A DNA stretch of 64,000 nucleotides from an uncultured Acidobacteriota bacterium. GTDB taxonomy: Bacteria > Acidobacteriota > Thermoanaerobaculia > UBA5066 > Gp7-AA6. The stretch is taken from NCBI GenBank assembly GCA_963811425.1, contig CAWERV010000010.1:14072-78071 (forward strand), in the 5' to 3' direction. Every line of letters starts with the position of its first letter. Positions within the stretch are counted from its first letter, which is position 1. Shown here in pieces: positions 53,861-62,187 of the stretch. The translations under genes were made by a program, and so were the position numbers. The notes under the pieces are model-generated. The model saw nothing but the letters and a program-made list of their open reading frames with translations. It ran no database searches and had not been told where the DNA came from.

Positions 53861-54667
53861 ATGTCACCTAGGGCCAACAAGCTCTCCGCGCTTTTTGCCG
53901 CGGGGGCGCTCGTTGCGATGGCCGGCGTCGCCATCGCCCAGCAGACGAGTGTTCAGACCACGACGCAGATGGGCAAGCCCGAATCCACGACGACGACGAG
54001 GATGATCGCCGGAACGATCGTCAGCGTCGACGGCAACAAGGTCGTGGTCCGGGACGCCAAGGGTGCGGCCAAGGAGTACACCGTGCCCGACGGGTTCAAG
54101 TTCCAGATGGGCGGCAAGGACGTCGGCGTCGCCGATCTCCAGGCCGGCCAGAGCGTCTCGGCCACCGTCACGACGACGACGACCGAAACGCCGGTCACGG
54201 TGACCGAGGTCCGCAAGGGCATGGTCATGGCCGTCGCCGGCAATGCCGTGATCGTCAAGGGACCGAACGGCATGCGCAAGTTCACTCAGGAAGACATCCA
54301 GAAGCGGCACGCCAAGCTCTATAACGCCCAGGGCCAGCAGATCGAGCTCTCGCAACTCCGAGAGGGCGACATCTTCACGGCCGTGATCGTCACGGACGCG
54401 GCGCCCCACGTCGTTTCCCAGCGCGAGTTGCAGGCGAGCGTCCATCCGGCGCCTGCGGCGGCTCCGGCCGCGGCACCGAAGCCCGCTCCGACTGCAGCGC
54501 CCGCGCCCGCCCCGGCTCCCGCGCCGGCTGCAGCGCCTGCTCCTGCTCCCGCGAAGAAGAAGCTCCCGAAGACCGCGAGCGACCTGCCGCTCATCGGTTT
54601 CGCGGGCGCTCTCTCGCTCGCGGCCGGCCTCGGCCTCACGGCCTGGCGCCGCACGCGTCGCGCCTAG
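53861..54667 (+). CDS. secreted protein with Pro/Ala-rich linker and C-terminal LPKTAS-hydrophobic-RRTRRA sorting-signal-like tail
   Basis: SD AAAGGAG. Signal peptide MSPRANKLSALFAAGALVAMAGVAIAQQ. (AP)n linker, then LPKTASDLPLIGFAGALSLAAGLGLTAWRRTRRA. Confidence 0.65.
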   Translation: MSPRANKLSALFAAGALVAMAGVAIAQQTSVQTTTQMGKPESTTTTRMIAGTIVSVDGNKVVVRDAKGAAKEYTVPDGFKFQMGGKDVGVADLQAGQSVSATVTTTTTETPVTVTEVRKGMVMAVAGNAVIVKGPNGMRKFTQEDIQKRHAKLYNAQGQQIELSQLREGDIFTAVIVTDAAPHVVSQRELQASVHPAPAAAPAAAPKPAPTAAPAPAPAPAPAAAPAPAPAKKKLPKTASDLPLIGFAGALSLAAGLGLTAWRRTRRA

Positions 54668-54696
54668 TTTCCTTCTGTCGGCTGCACCGTGGCCGG

Positions 54697-54714
54697 GTCC
54701 GTCCCGCGAGGGAC
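54697..54714. terminator. tight hairpin CCGTCCC-gcga-GGGACGG downstream of the LPKTAS gene
   Basis: 7-bp stem and 4-nt loop read from the sequence, between convergent genes. No U-tract. Confidence 0.3.
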
Positions 54715-54810
54715 GGGCGCCGGCCGTGGTGGCGGCTCTCCTGCGTCGAAGAACGGGATCCTTCCAGAGAAGGTGCTGCGCCTGGGGCGCAAACTTCCTC
54801 CGCGCGCCCT

Positions 54811-55648
54811 CTAGCGCAGCGCGTCTTCGAGGGCGGCGGAGGCGTCGGTCCGCGCGTCCCGATACTTGACGATCACGGGAGTCTGGAGCGAGAGGCCCCA
54901 TTCGGCGCCCCGGCCCTCGCGGATTGCGCGCGAGCCCGGCACGACCACCGCGCCGGCCGGGATCTCGAGCGGGCGGCCCGGCTCCCGGCGATAGACCTCT
55001 GCGCGCACGAGGTCGTAGACGGGTGTGGCGCCGGTCAGGATCACTCCCGCCCCGAGGATCGCGCCCTCCCGGACGACCGCTCCCTCGTAAATCCCGCAGT
55101 TGCCGCCGACGAGCACGTCGTCCTCCAGGACGACCGGCAGCTCGCCGACAGGCTCGAGCACGCCGCCGATCTGCGCCCCGGCCGACACGTGGACACGGCG
55201 CCCCACCTGCGCGCAGGAGCCGACCAGCGCATGCGAATCGATCAGCGTTCCCGCGTCCACGTAGGCGCCGACGTTGACGTAGGCGGGCGGCATGATCGTG
55301 ACGCCCGGGGCCAGATAGCATCCCTCCCGCACCGCCGTGCCGCCGGGCACGATCCGCACGCCGGACGACAGCGACAGGTCCTTCAAGGGAAAGCGTGTCC
55401 TTGTCGAAGAACCGCGCGGCTCCGAATCCCGGCACCTCCGCGAGTGTCCCGATGCGGAACCCGAGCAGAATTCCGCGCTTGACCCATGCGTGCACGACCC
55501 AGCGCCCGCCCTCCTTCGCGGCCGCGCGGACCCGGCCGGCCGAGAGCTCGGCGAGCAGTTCCGCGACCGCAAGCCGCGCCGCGTCGGCGGCAGTCACCGC
55601 CGCTCCGCCCGCGAGCTCCTCGATGCGCTCGGCAAGAGTGGCGCTCAC
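54811..55648 (-). CDS. dapD: 2,3,4,5-tetrahydropyridine-2,6-dicarboxylate N-succinyltransferase (hexapeptide-repeat), with one apparent homopolymer frameshift near 55385-55400
   Basis: GTG 55648 (GTGA overlap with the dapA stop). N-terminus [12 protein letters not shown]...[22 protein letters not shown]...ARFFDKDTL is in the frame of ORF 53864..56638. The remainder [23 protein letters not shown]...hexapeptide repeats...[11 protein letters not shown] is in ORF 54811..55572. Removing one T from cTTTccc restores ...[17 protein letters not shown]. Confidence 0.85.
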
Positions 55649-56569
55649 CGGCCCGGGCCGCCCTTCTTGGTCAGGAGCCGATAGCTGCCGAGCAGCTTCT
55701 CGATCCTGCGCCGCGTCTCGTCGCGCACCGGAACGAGCGGCAGGCGGAGAGTCTCGCCACACTTCTTCATGAGCGAGAGCGCGCACTTGACCGGACCCGG
55801 ATTCGACTCCCAGAAGTTCATCTCCATCAGGGGCTCGTACTTGCCCTGGAGTTCCAGGGCTCTCTCGCGGTGATTCTCCAGCGCCGCGCGAACGAGCTCG
55901 GACATCTCCTTCGGAATCTCGTTGGCGACCACCGAGATGACGCCCCGGGCACCGAGGGCGATCAGGGCGAGCGCCGTCGCGTCTTCGCCGGAGAACACGG
56001 AGAACCCTCCGCGGCAGCGCCGCCATCAGCTTGGCGATCTTGCCGAAGTTCGCCGAGGCCTCCTTCAAGCCGACGACGCGCGGGATCTCCGCCAGGCGCA
56101 GGATCGTCTCGACATCGAGATCCATGCCGGTCCGGCCGGGCACGTTGTAGACGAGCATCGGGAGATCCGTCGCGTCGGCGATGGCGGAGAAGTGGCGCAC
56201 GAGACCGTCCGGGCTCGGCTTGTTGTACATGGGCGTGACCGACAGGATTCCGTCGGCCTTGGCGGCTGCCGCATCCCGCGCCCAGAACACGGCGCGCGCC
56301 GTGTGATTGCCTCCCGCGCCGGCGACGACCGGAACGCGGCCGTTGGAGGCGCGCACGACCGCCGCCGTGACGGCCTTTCGCTCGTCGCGCGAAAGCGTCG
56401 CCGACTCGCCCGTCGTGCCGCAGGGAACCAGGAAGTCGACGCCCTGCGTGATCTGCCAGTCGACGAGCTCCTCGAGGGCGCCGAAGTCGATGCGCCCCTT
56501 GTCGTCGAACGGCGTGACGAGCGCCGTGCCGCAGCCCTTCCAGTCCACCCCCGTCGTGTTGCCTTTCAC
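55645..56569 (-). CDS. dapA: 4-hydroxy-tetrahydrodipicolinate synthase, with one apparent frameshift near 55990-56000
   Basis: GTG 56569 with AAGGAG SD (GTGA overlap with the dapB stop). MKGNTTGVDWKGCGTALVTPF...VPCGTTGESATLS...GILSVTPMYNKPS...ANFGKIAKLMAALPRR then shifts to ORF 55645..55998 (FSGEDATALALIALGARGVISVVANE...). Confidence 0.85.
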
Positions 56570-57258
56570 TGGATCTCCTTCCACAAGTCCTCGAACTCGA
56601 ACACCCCGGAACGGCCCGCGATTCGCTCCGCGGCCCACACGGCTCCCTTCGCAAATCCCGCACGGCCCCGCGCGCGGTGCACGAGCTCGACTTCGTCCTC
56701 GGGCGACTCGAACACGAGGCGGTGGAGCCCCGGGATCGTGCCCGCCCGTACGCTGGCCGTGGGAGGGGCCGCACCACCCTCCGCCTCGAGCAGCTCCGCG
56801 AGGGAGCGCGCGGTACCCGAGGGCGCGTCCCGCTTCTCGGCGTGGTGCTCCTCGACGAGATACGCCGCGTATCCGGCCCGCGGAAACAGGCGCGCTGCGG
56901 CCCGCACGGTCTCACGAAAGAGGTGCGCGCCCACCGAAAAGTTCGAGCCGTGCACGAGCGCGCCTCCACCGCTCTGCGAAGGCCTCCGCCACGCGGGGCA
57001 GCTGCGCTTGCCATCCCGTCGTTCCGCACACGACGCGTGCACCGAGCCCGGCGAGCACGAGGAGGTTCTCGCCCGCCGCCGTCGGTGCGGTGAACTCGAG
57101 GACGACGTCGGCCGCCGCGAGACGCTCGGCCGTCAGGCCCGAGGCTCCCGGATTCTCCGACCGCGAGAGGGTCCAGGCGACGTGGTGTCCGCGCGCCTAC
57201 CGCCATGCCCGCGATCTCTGCGTCCCATTTTCCCGAAGCCGACGATCCCGAGCCGCAT
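56566..57258 (-). pseudogene. dapB: 4-hydroxy-tetrahydrodipicolinate reductase, disrupted by at least 3 frameshifts
   Basis: N-terminus MRLGIVGFGKMGR (ATG 57258, in ORF 57133..57405). Fragments ...AEIAGMAVGAR... in another frame. C-terminus (ORF 56566..57042): ...GGGALVHGSNFSVGAHLF...YLVEEHHAEKRDAPSGTA...VELVHRARGRAGFAKGAVWAAERIAGRSGVFEFEDL. Confidence 0.75.
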
Positions 57259-57303
57259 CTGCCTCTTCCTGCCGGTCCCGGCCGGATTCCGGGGAGCCAA
57301 CCG

Positions 57304-57309
57304 TATAAT
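57304..57309 (+). promoter_or_regulatory. TATAAT -10-like hexamer 28 nt upstream of GTG 57338
   Basis: Read from the sequence (ccgTATAATtgtttggcttcc...). Lies in the divergent region between dapB and the small zinc-ribbon gene. Confidence 0.3.
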
Positions 57310-57337
57310 TGTTTGGCTTCCAGGAACGAGCAAAAAC

Positions 57338-57739
57338 GTGAGCGCACCGACTCCCGGCCCCCGCTGCCCGCGCTGCCGCCGGCCCCTCGCCGCCTGGCGG
57401 CTCAACCATTGCGTCTACTGCGGCGAGACTTTCCCGGCCGAGCTCAAGCAGGGATTCGAGGCACCGGAGTCGCTCAAGTGGGTGGAGCGGCCGGGCCTGC
57501 CCCCCGACCTCTCGCGCAAGCTCGAAATGATGAAGATCGTGCCGGCCGGAACCCCGAAGAAGTCGCGCTCGCTCGTGACGGTGGTTGGGGCCCTCTCGGT
57601 CCCGATTTTCGGCGTCATCTTCTACCTGCTCTACACGCTCGTCCGACGGCTCTCGCCGACGACCGCGTTTCTCGTCCTCGCGGGCGGCGCCGGCTTCCTG
57701 GCATATCTCGCCTGGATCTTCCTGCGCGCCCGGAAGTGA
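57338..57739 (+). CDS. small zinc-ribbon membrane protein (CxxC...CxxC N-terminus + 2 TM helices)
   Basis: Tail of spurious ORF 55922..57739, starting at GTG 57338: VSAPTPGPRCPRCRRPLAAWRLNHCVYCGETFPAE...SLVTVVGALSVPIFGVIFYLLYTLVRRLSPTTAFLVLAGGAGFLAYLAWIFLRARK. Followed immediately by a perfect 10-bp hairpin. Confidence 0.55.
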   Translation: MSAPTPGPRCPRCRRPLAAWRLNHCVYCGETFPAELKQGFEAPESLKWVERPGLPPDLSRKLEMMKIVPAGTPKKSRSLVTVVGALSVPIFGVIFYLLYTLVRRLSPTTAFLVLAGGAGFLAYLAWIFLRARK

Positions 57740-58018
57740 CCGCGACCGCGGAGGTCGCGGTCATCCCGAGGGCCGTGAGGCCCGAGGGATCCTCTTCTCA
57801 GCCGCACTGTGACTCGAAAGGGATCCCTCGCTCCGCTCGGGATGACAGACGTCGGCCGGCGGCTCGCCGACGTGTGTTTCCAGACGTGTCGTCCCGAGGA
57901 GCGTGAGCGACGAGGGATCCCTTTCTTAGCAGCACCCTGACTCGAAAGGGATTTCTCGCTCCGCTCGGGATGACAGATGAGCCCGCTCGAGCGACCGGTG
58001 GGCCCGCTCGGGACGACA
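57739..58018. repeat. perfect hairpin (GACCGCGACC-gcgga-GGTCGCGGTC, 57739-57763) followed by two tandem REP-like elements (57760-57847 and 57888-58018)
   Basis: Both copies have GTCATCCCGAGG / GTCGTCCCGAGG left arms, CGAGGGATCC...GAAAGGGATCCCTCG cores and CTCGGGATGACA right arms (plus an extra CTCGGGACGACA). Their loops are the reverse complement of the 10.9k/42.1k copies, so they sit in the opposite orientation. Confidence 0.85.
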
Positions 58019-58038
58019 ATGGGGCCGCTCCTGGCAAA

Positions 58039-58950
58039 TCAATCGAACAGATTGCGCCTCGGCTCCGCGGGAATCTCGATTCCGAGCTCCCTTGCGAGGG
58101 CCCGGATCGTCAAAGGCGCGCAGCCCTCGGCGCGATTGTTGACGAGAACGAAGGCGTCGGCTCCCGCTTCCGTGATGTGCCGGATGAGTCGCACGACGTC
58201 CTGCCGCATGTCCTCGCGGGGGGCCTGAACGTGGTCGTACGGGCGAAAGCGCGCGACCGCCTGTTCGTACGCAACGCCCGGGGGCACGAGGACTCGGGAG
58301 ACGGCAAACCCCGCCGGCAGCGGCTGCGCCGCCTCCCACTGGGCGAGCAGGTCCGGCACCCGTGTCCACCAGTTGAAGACGTGGGCCACGCCGCGCCGTC
58401 GCAGAACGTCAAAGTACTCCGGCCCGAAGTACGCGGGGGTGCGGAGCTCGACGGCATACGTGTGCTCGGCCGGAAGTTCGCTCAGAAAAGCCTCGAGCCG
58501 GCGGACGAACGCCTCGCGAAGGGCCGCGGTGGGCTGATGCTCGGTGGGAAACTCGAAGAGGAAGGGGCCGATGTGACCGCCGAATGCTCCCTCGTATGCG
58601 GGCAGGACTTCATCGCGAAACACGCGGGGATCGAGATAGCGCGGATTCTCCCGGCCCGCCCGCTCGCCGTGGCGCGGAAGCTCGGGAAAGCGGGGCATCG
58701 TGATCTCCTCCCACACCTTCGACACCACCGGAAAACCCGAAGGCAGTACCGCGGCGTAGCGCCCGAGTTGCGCTGCCGAAGGCGGCCGGTAGAACGGAAA
58801 GTCGAACTCGACCGTGCGAAAGGGTGCGTAGCGCGCGTACTCGCGCAGGCAGTCCACCCGAAAGGTCGCCGCACGGTAGCGCTCGTGGTAGACGATCCCC
58901 TTCCATCCCTCGTAGGCGAAGCTCGCGGTGCCGAACCGGATTTCGGGCAC
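58039..58950 (-). CDS. DUF72 domain-containing protein
   Basis: 303 aa. MPEIRFGTASFAYEGWKGIVY...TVEFDFPFYRPP...VLVNNRAEGCAPLTIRALAREL is the typical DUF72 (YecE-like) pattern. Confidence 0.8.
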   Translation of the reverse strand: MPEIRFGTASFAYEGWKGIVYHERYRAATFRVDCLREYARYAPFRTVEFDFPFYRPPSAAQLGRYAAVLPSGFPVVSKVWEEITMPRFPELPRHGERAGRENPRYLDPRVFRDEVLPAYEGAFGGHIGPFLFEFPTEHQPTAALREAFVRRLEAFLSELPAEHTYAVELRTPAYFGPEYFDVLRRRGVAHVFNWWTRVPDLLAQWEAAQPLPAGFAVSRVLVPPGVAYEQAVARFRPYDHVQAPREDMRQDVVRLIRHITEAGADAFVLVNNRAEGCAPLTIRALARELGIEIPAEPRRNLFD

Positions 58951-58974
58951 GCCGGAAGTCTACAATCGCGCCCG

Positions 58975-59460
58975 ATGATCCCCCTGCGCGGCGCCGCCGA
59001 GATTCTCGGCCGAATGGAGTTCTCCGCGGCACAGAGCGTGATGCTCGTCGATGCGCCGCCCGAGTTCGAAGCGATGCTGACAGCGGGAACGGCGCCGGGG
59101 CAGTCCCTCCGATCGGCCGCGTCGCGCCACGTCCGGTCCGTCAAGGAGCAATTCGACCTGATCCTCCTCTGGCACGAGAGCCGCGTCGGCTCCCGCGCGG
59201 TCTTCGACGCGGCATTGAAACGCCTGGCCCAGGGAGGCCGGCTCTGGGTCGTGACTGCGCTGCGGAAGGTCTCCGGTCCGCGCACTCCGGCGATTCACCG
59301 CATCGAGCTCGGTGACCTGAAGAAGGCGTTCGAGAAGGATGGCCTCGTCCACGACCGGGAGGCGCGCCTGTCGGCCTGGCACGTCGCCTATCGATTCGTT
59401 CGCGCCGACGGGATGCCGGACGGCGGCCTCAGTCCACGTAAGGAAAGAACCGGCCGCTGA
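58975..59460 (+). CDS. hypothetical protein (DUF3052-like?)
   Basis: Tail of ORF 57970..59460 from ATG 58975: MIPLRGAAEILGRMEFSAAQSVMLVDAPPEFEAML...FDLILLWHESRVGS...GRLWVVTALRK... 3' end overlaps the convergent PilZ gene by ~30 bp, so the exact stop is uncertain. Confidence 0.5.
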   Translation: MIPLRGAAEILGRMEFSAAQSVMLVDAPPEFEAMLTAGTAPGQSLRSAASRHVRSVKEQFDLILLWHESRVGSRAVFDAALKRLAQGGRLWVVTALRKVSGPRTPAIHRIELGDLKKAFEKDGLVHDREARLSAWHVAYRFVRADGMPDGGLSPRKERTGR

Positions 59461-59755
59461 CCCGGAAGAAACGGCCGCTCGGCGGCTCGACGGTCAGCTG
59501 ACAGCGGGAGACCTCGAGTGTCGACGACAGCGAAACGCCGGGCGCCGTGAGGCTGATCGGATACTTGGTACCCACCTTCAGCGGCGCATCGAAATCGAAG
59601 CGAACGCCGGTGGGAGACACCTCGAGGACCTGGCGTGCCTTCTCCCACCGGATCTTGAGCTCGTACTGCTCCGGTTTCAGTTTCTTCGACGAACGCGATC
59701 CCTCGAGAGGGCTCGACTTGCCGGAGGCGGGGGGATCCGTCTTTCGTTCTGCCAT
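59429..59755 (-). CDS. PilZ domain protein
   Basis: 108 aa. ...QYELKIRWEKARQVLEVSPTGVRFDFDAPLKVGTKYPISLTAPGV... is PilZ-like, though the canonical RxxxR motif is not obvious. Confidence 0.5.
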   Translation of the reverse strand: MAERKTDPPASGKSSPLEGSRSSKKLKPEQYELKIRWEKARQVLEVSPTGVRFDFDAPLKVGTKYPISLTAPGVSLSSTLEVSRCQLTVEPPSGRFFRVSGRFFPYVD

Positions 59756-59818
59756 CAGACTCGGGGGGGATAGCCTACTGCGTTTCGGCCCGGCTTCAAA
59801 TCGCTCCGAACGGGCCGC

Positions 59819-60190
59819 TCAGGCCCGGCCGAGGGACCGGGCGAGACGGATGGCCGCCGGAAGCCCCTGCTTTTCACGAAGCCCCCGGACCCGCGCCTTG
59901 TCCGCCGGCTTGAGCTGGCGGGCGAGACCCATGTAGCGGCCCTGCAGGCGGCGCAGGGCCCGGACTTTCGGTGACATGCGCCGCCCGGGCCCCGGAGCCG
60001 AAGCCCCGGCCCGGGCCGCCCGCCCCGCCGACCCGGCGCCCAGCGCCTCGAGCGCGGCCAGTCGCTTTCGCAGGGCGACGATCTCGCGATCGCGATCCCG
60101 CAGAATCTCGCGGACGTGCCGCGCCCGCACGAGCCGCCGCGCCAGGAGCGCCTGCAGGACGTAGTGCGACTGTTTCGAATCCAGCTTCAT
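59819..60190 (-). CDS. hypothetical basic coiled-coil protein
   Basis: 123 aa with ATG start. Sits between the ABC-2 permease and PilZ genes on the same strand. No recognisable motif. Confidence 0.4.
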   Translation of the reverse strand: MKLDSKQSHYVLQALLARRLVRARHVREILRDRDREIVALRKRLAALEALGAGSAGRAARAGASAPGPGRRMSPKVRALRRLQGRYMGLARQLKPADKARVRGLREKQGLPAAIRLARSLGRA

Positions 60191-60227
60191 CGAGCCTCCA
60201 GGGGGCGGGGAGTCTATACCAGTCGCC

Positions 60228-61208
60228 TCAGGCCAGGACGTCCCGCTTCACGAATACCGCGAACCCCGTACAGAGAGCCGCGGCCGCCCACACGGCGAGC
60301 ACCACGGCGCCGAACACCACCGTCAGACCCGTGATCGGCGGCGGAGACCCGGAGTAGTAGTCCGGAAGCGGCAGGTTCGTGACGAAGAGGTATTTCTGCG
60401 CCTCCCAGGACGGGGCGAGCCGGGGCAGGATCGTGCCCGCGATCAACGCCGCGAGCATCGTCCCCATCGCCGCCGCGGTCGAGCGCAGAAGCACGCTCGT
60501 CAGCAGCCCGATCGCGCCCACGCACAGCGCGGCGTACCACGCCAGGCCGTAGGCGAGCACCGTGTCCTTCCAGAGGGCGATCGAGCGCACGGCGGCCGGA
60601 TCGAGCCGCTCCCCGGAGACCCGGAATCCCGTCAGCACCGGAGCCTCCCATCCCCCATAGCCGTAAGCGATGCCTCCGAAGAGATACGCCACGACACCGC
60701 CGAAGAGGACGGTCAGGGTGATCGCCAGCAGCAGGGCGGCGAGCTTCGAGGCCAGGACCCGCGCCCTGCCGACCGGCCGCGTCAGCAACAGCTTGATCGT
60801 CCCCTGCTGGAACTCGGCCGATACGACGTCCGAGGCAAACACGATTGCGAGCAGCGGCAGCAGGAGGTAGCTCGCGGCGTTGGCAAAGCCGCGGGCAAAC
60901 AGCGGACCCGAGATCGCGTCGGGGTTGATGTCGCGCTCGAGGTGGTACCGCATCCGGTCGAGCTCGAAGCGCGCCCATCGCTGCTGCGAAGGCGGCATCC
61001 GGCCGTCGCGCAGCCAGTTCTGGATGCGTGCCATGCGCTCCTGCGCCTCGACGTGCCAATCCTTGCCGGCCAAAAAACGCTCGCGGCCGCGCGACTGCGC
61101 GAACACGATGAGGCCGATCAGGGCCACGAGGATCAGGACGACGACCCGGAAGCGGCGCTGCCGCGCGAACTTGAGGATCTCGTTCTCGACGAGGCCGGAA
61201 AATCTCAT
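60228..61208 (-). CDS. ABC-2 family transporter permease
   Basis: 326 aa. N-terminal TM, large periplasmic loop, then 5 TM segments. ATGA overlap with the upstream ATPase gene. Confidence 0.75.
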   Translation of the reverse strand: MRFSGLVENEILKFARQRRFRVVVLILVALIGLIVFAQSRGRERFLAGKDWHVEAQERMARIQNWLRDGRMPPSQQRWARFELDRMRYHLERDINPDAISGPLFARGFANAASYLLLPLLAIVFASDVVSAEFQQGTIKLLLTRPVGRARVLASKLAALLLAITLTVLFGGVVAYLFGGIAYGYGGWEAPVLTGFRVSGERLDPAAVRSIALWKDTVLAYGLAWYAALCVGAIGLLTSVLLRSTAAAMGTMLAALIAGTILPRLAPSWEAQKYLFVTNLPLPDYYSGSPPPITGLTVVFGAVVLAVWAAAALCTGFAVFVKRDVLA

Positions 61209-62161
61209 ACGGTTTCTCCTCCGGTCACCTCGAGAAAGACTTCCTCGAGCGAGGCGAACCAGCGTTCGACGGCGAAGACGTCCACACCCGATGTGACGAG
61301 CGCCCGCAACGCATCCGGGACGCGTTCGCGCGGAATTCGCGCCTCCACGGCGCCTTCACCCTCACCGGCGGAAGTCTCGGCCCGGCCGAACGGGGTGAGC
61401 ACCTCCACGGCGCGCCGGGCCGGCCGCACCGTCAGGCGGAGGCGGTCCGACGCAACGCGGTCCACGAGCTCGCGCACGGGCCCCGTCGCCAGCGTCTTTC
61501 CCCGGTGAATGATCGCCACGCGATCGCAGGTCTGCTCGACTTCCGACAGAAGGTGGCTCGAGACGAAGACCGCGATGCCGCGGTCGGCCGCGAGATGGCG
61601 CACGAGCTGCCGGATCTCGCGGATCCCCGCCGGGTCGAGCCCGTTGGCCGGCTCGTCGAGGATGAGGATGTCCGGATTTCCGAGCAGGGCCTGCGCAATC
61701 CCGAGGCGCTGCCGCATCCCGAGGGAGTAGGTGGATACCTTGTCGTCCAGACGCTCGGTGAGCGCGACCAGACGGGCGAGATCGGGAATCCGGTCCCCCG
61801 CACCCTCGGGCAGCATCCGCGAGAAGTGCACGAGATTCTCGCGGCCGGTCAGGTACCGGTAGAGATCCGGCGCCTCGACGATGCAGCCCACGTGCCCCAT
61901 CGCCTTTCGGAAGTTGCGGGCGAGGTCCAGGCCGCGAATTCGGACGCAGCCGCTGTCGGGCCGCGCGAGGCCGACGAGCATCCGGATCGTCGTCGTCTTG
62001 CCGGCGCCGTTGGGCCCGAGGAAACCGAACACCTCTCCGGCCCGAACCTCGAAGGAAACGCCCGACACTGCCTCCCGGCTGCCGAAGCGCTTGGTCAAAT
62101 TCTCGGCCGAAAGGACCACATCCGCGTCCGCCGGCCGGGACAGAACCGCCTCCGCGCTCAC
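61205..62161 (-). CDS. ABC transporter ATP-binding protein
   Basis: 318 aa. Walker A GPNGAGKTT, signature LSGGMRQRLGIAQAL-like (YSLGMRQRLGIAQALL), Walker B ILILDEP, H-loop SSHLL. Confidence 0.9.
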   Translation of the reverse strand: MSAEAVLSRPADADVVLSAENLTKRFGSREAVSGVSFEVRAGEVFGFLGPNGAGKTTTIRMLVGLARPDSGCVRIRGLDLARNFRKAMGHVGCIVEAPDLYRYLTGRENLVHFSRMLPEGAGDRIPDLARLVALTERLDDKVSTYSLGMRQRLGIAQALLGNPDILILDEPANGLDPAGIREIRQLVRHLAADRGIAVFVSSHLLSEVEQTCDRVAIIHRGKTLATGPVRELVDRVASDRLRLTVRPARRAVEVLTPFGRAETSAGEGEGAVEARIPRERVPDALRALVTSGVDVFAVERWFASLEEVFLEVTGGETV

Positions 62162-62187
62162 CGAATCAACGTATCATCCCCGCTCGC

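Noticed and set aside
53864-56638. 924-aa minus-strand ORF
   Set aside because: Chimeric read-through joining dapA (in frame), part of dapD and antisense junk. It was resolved into dapD, dapA and dapB with frameshifts.
55922-57337. First 472 aa of plus-strand ORF 55922..57739
   Set aside because: Antisense to dapA/dapB. Only the last 133 codons (57338-57739) look like a real small membrane protein.
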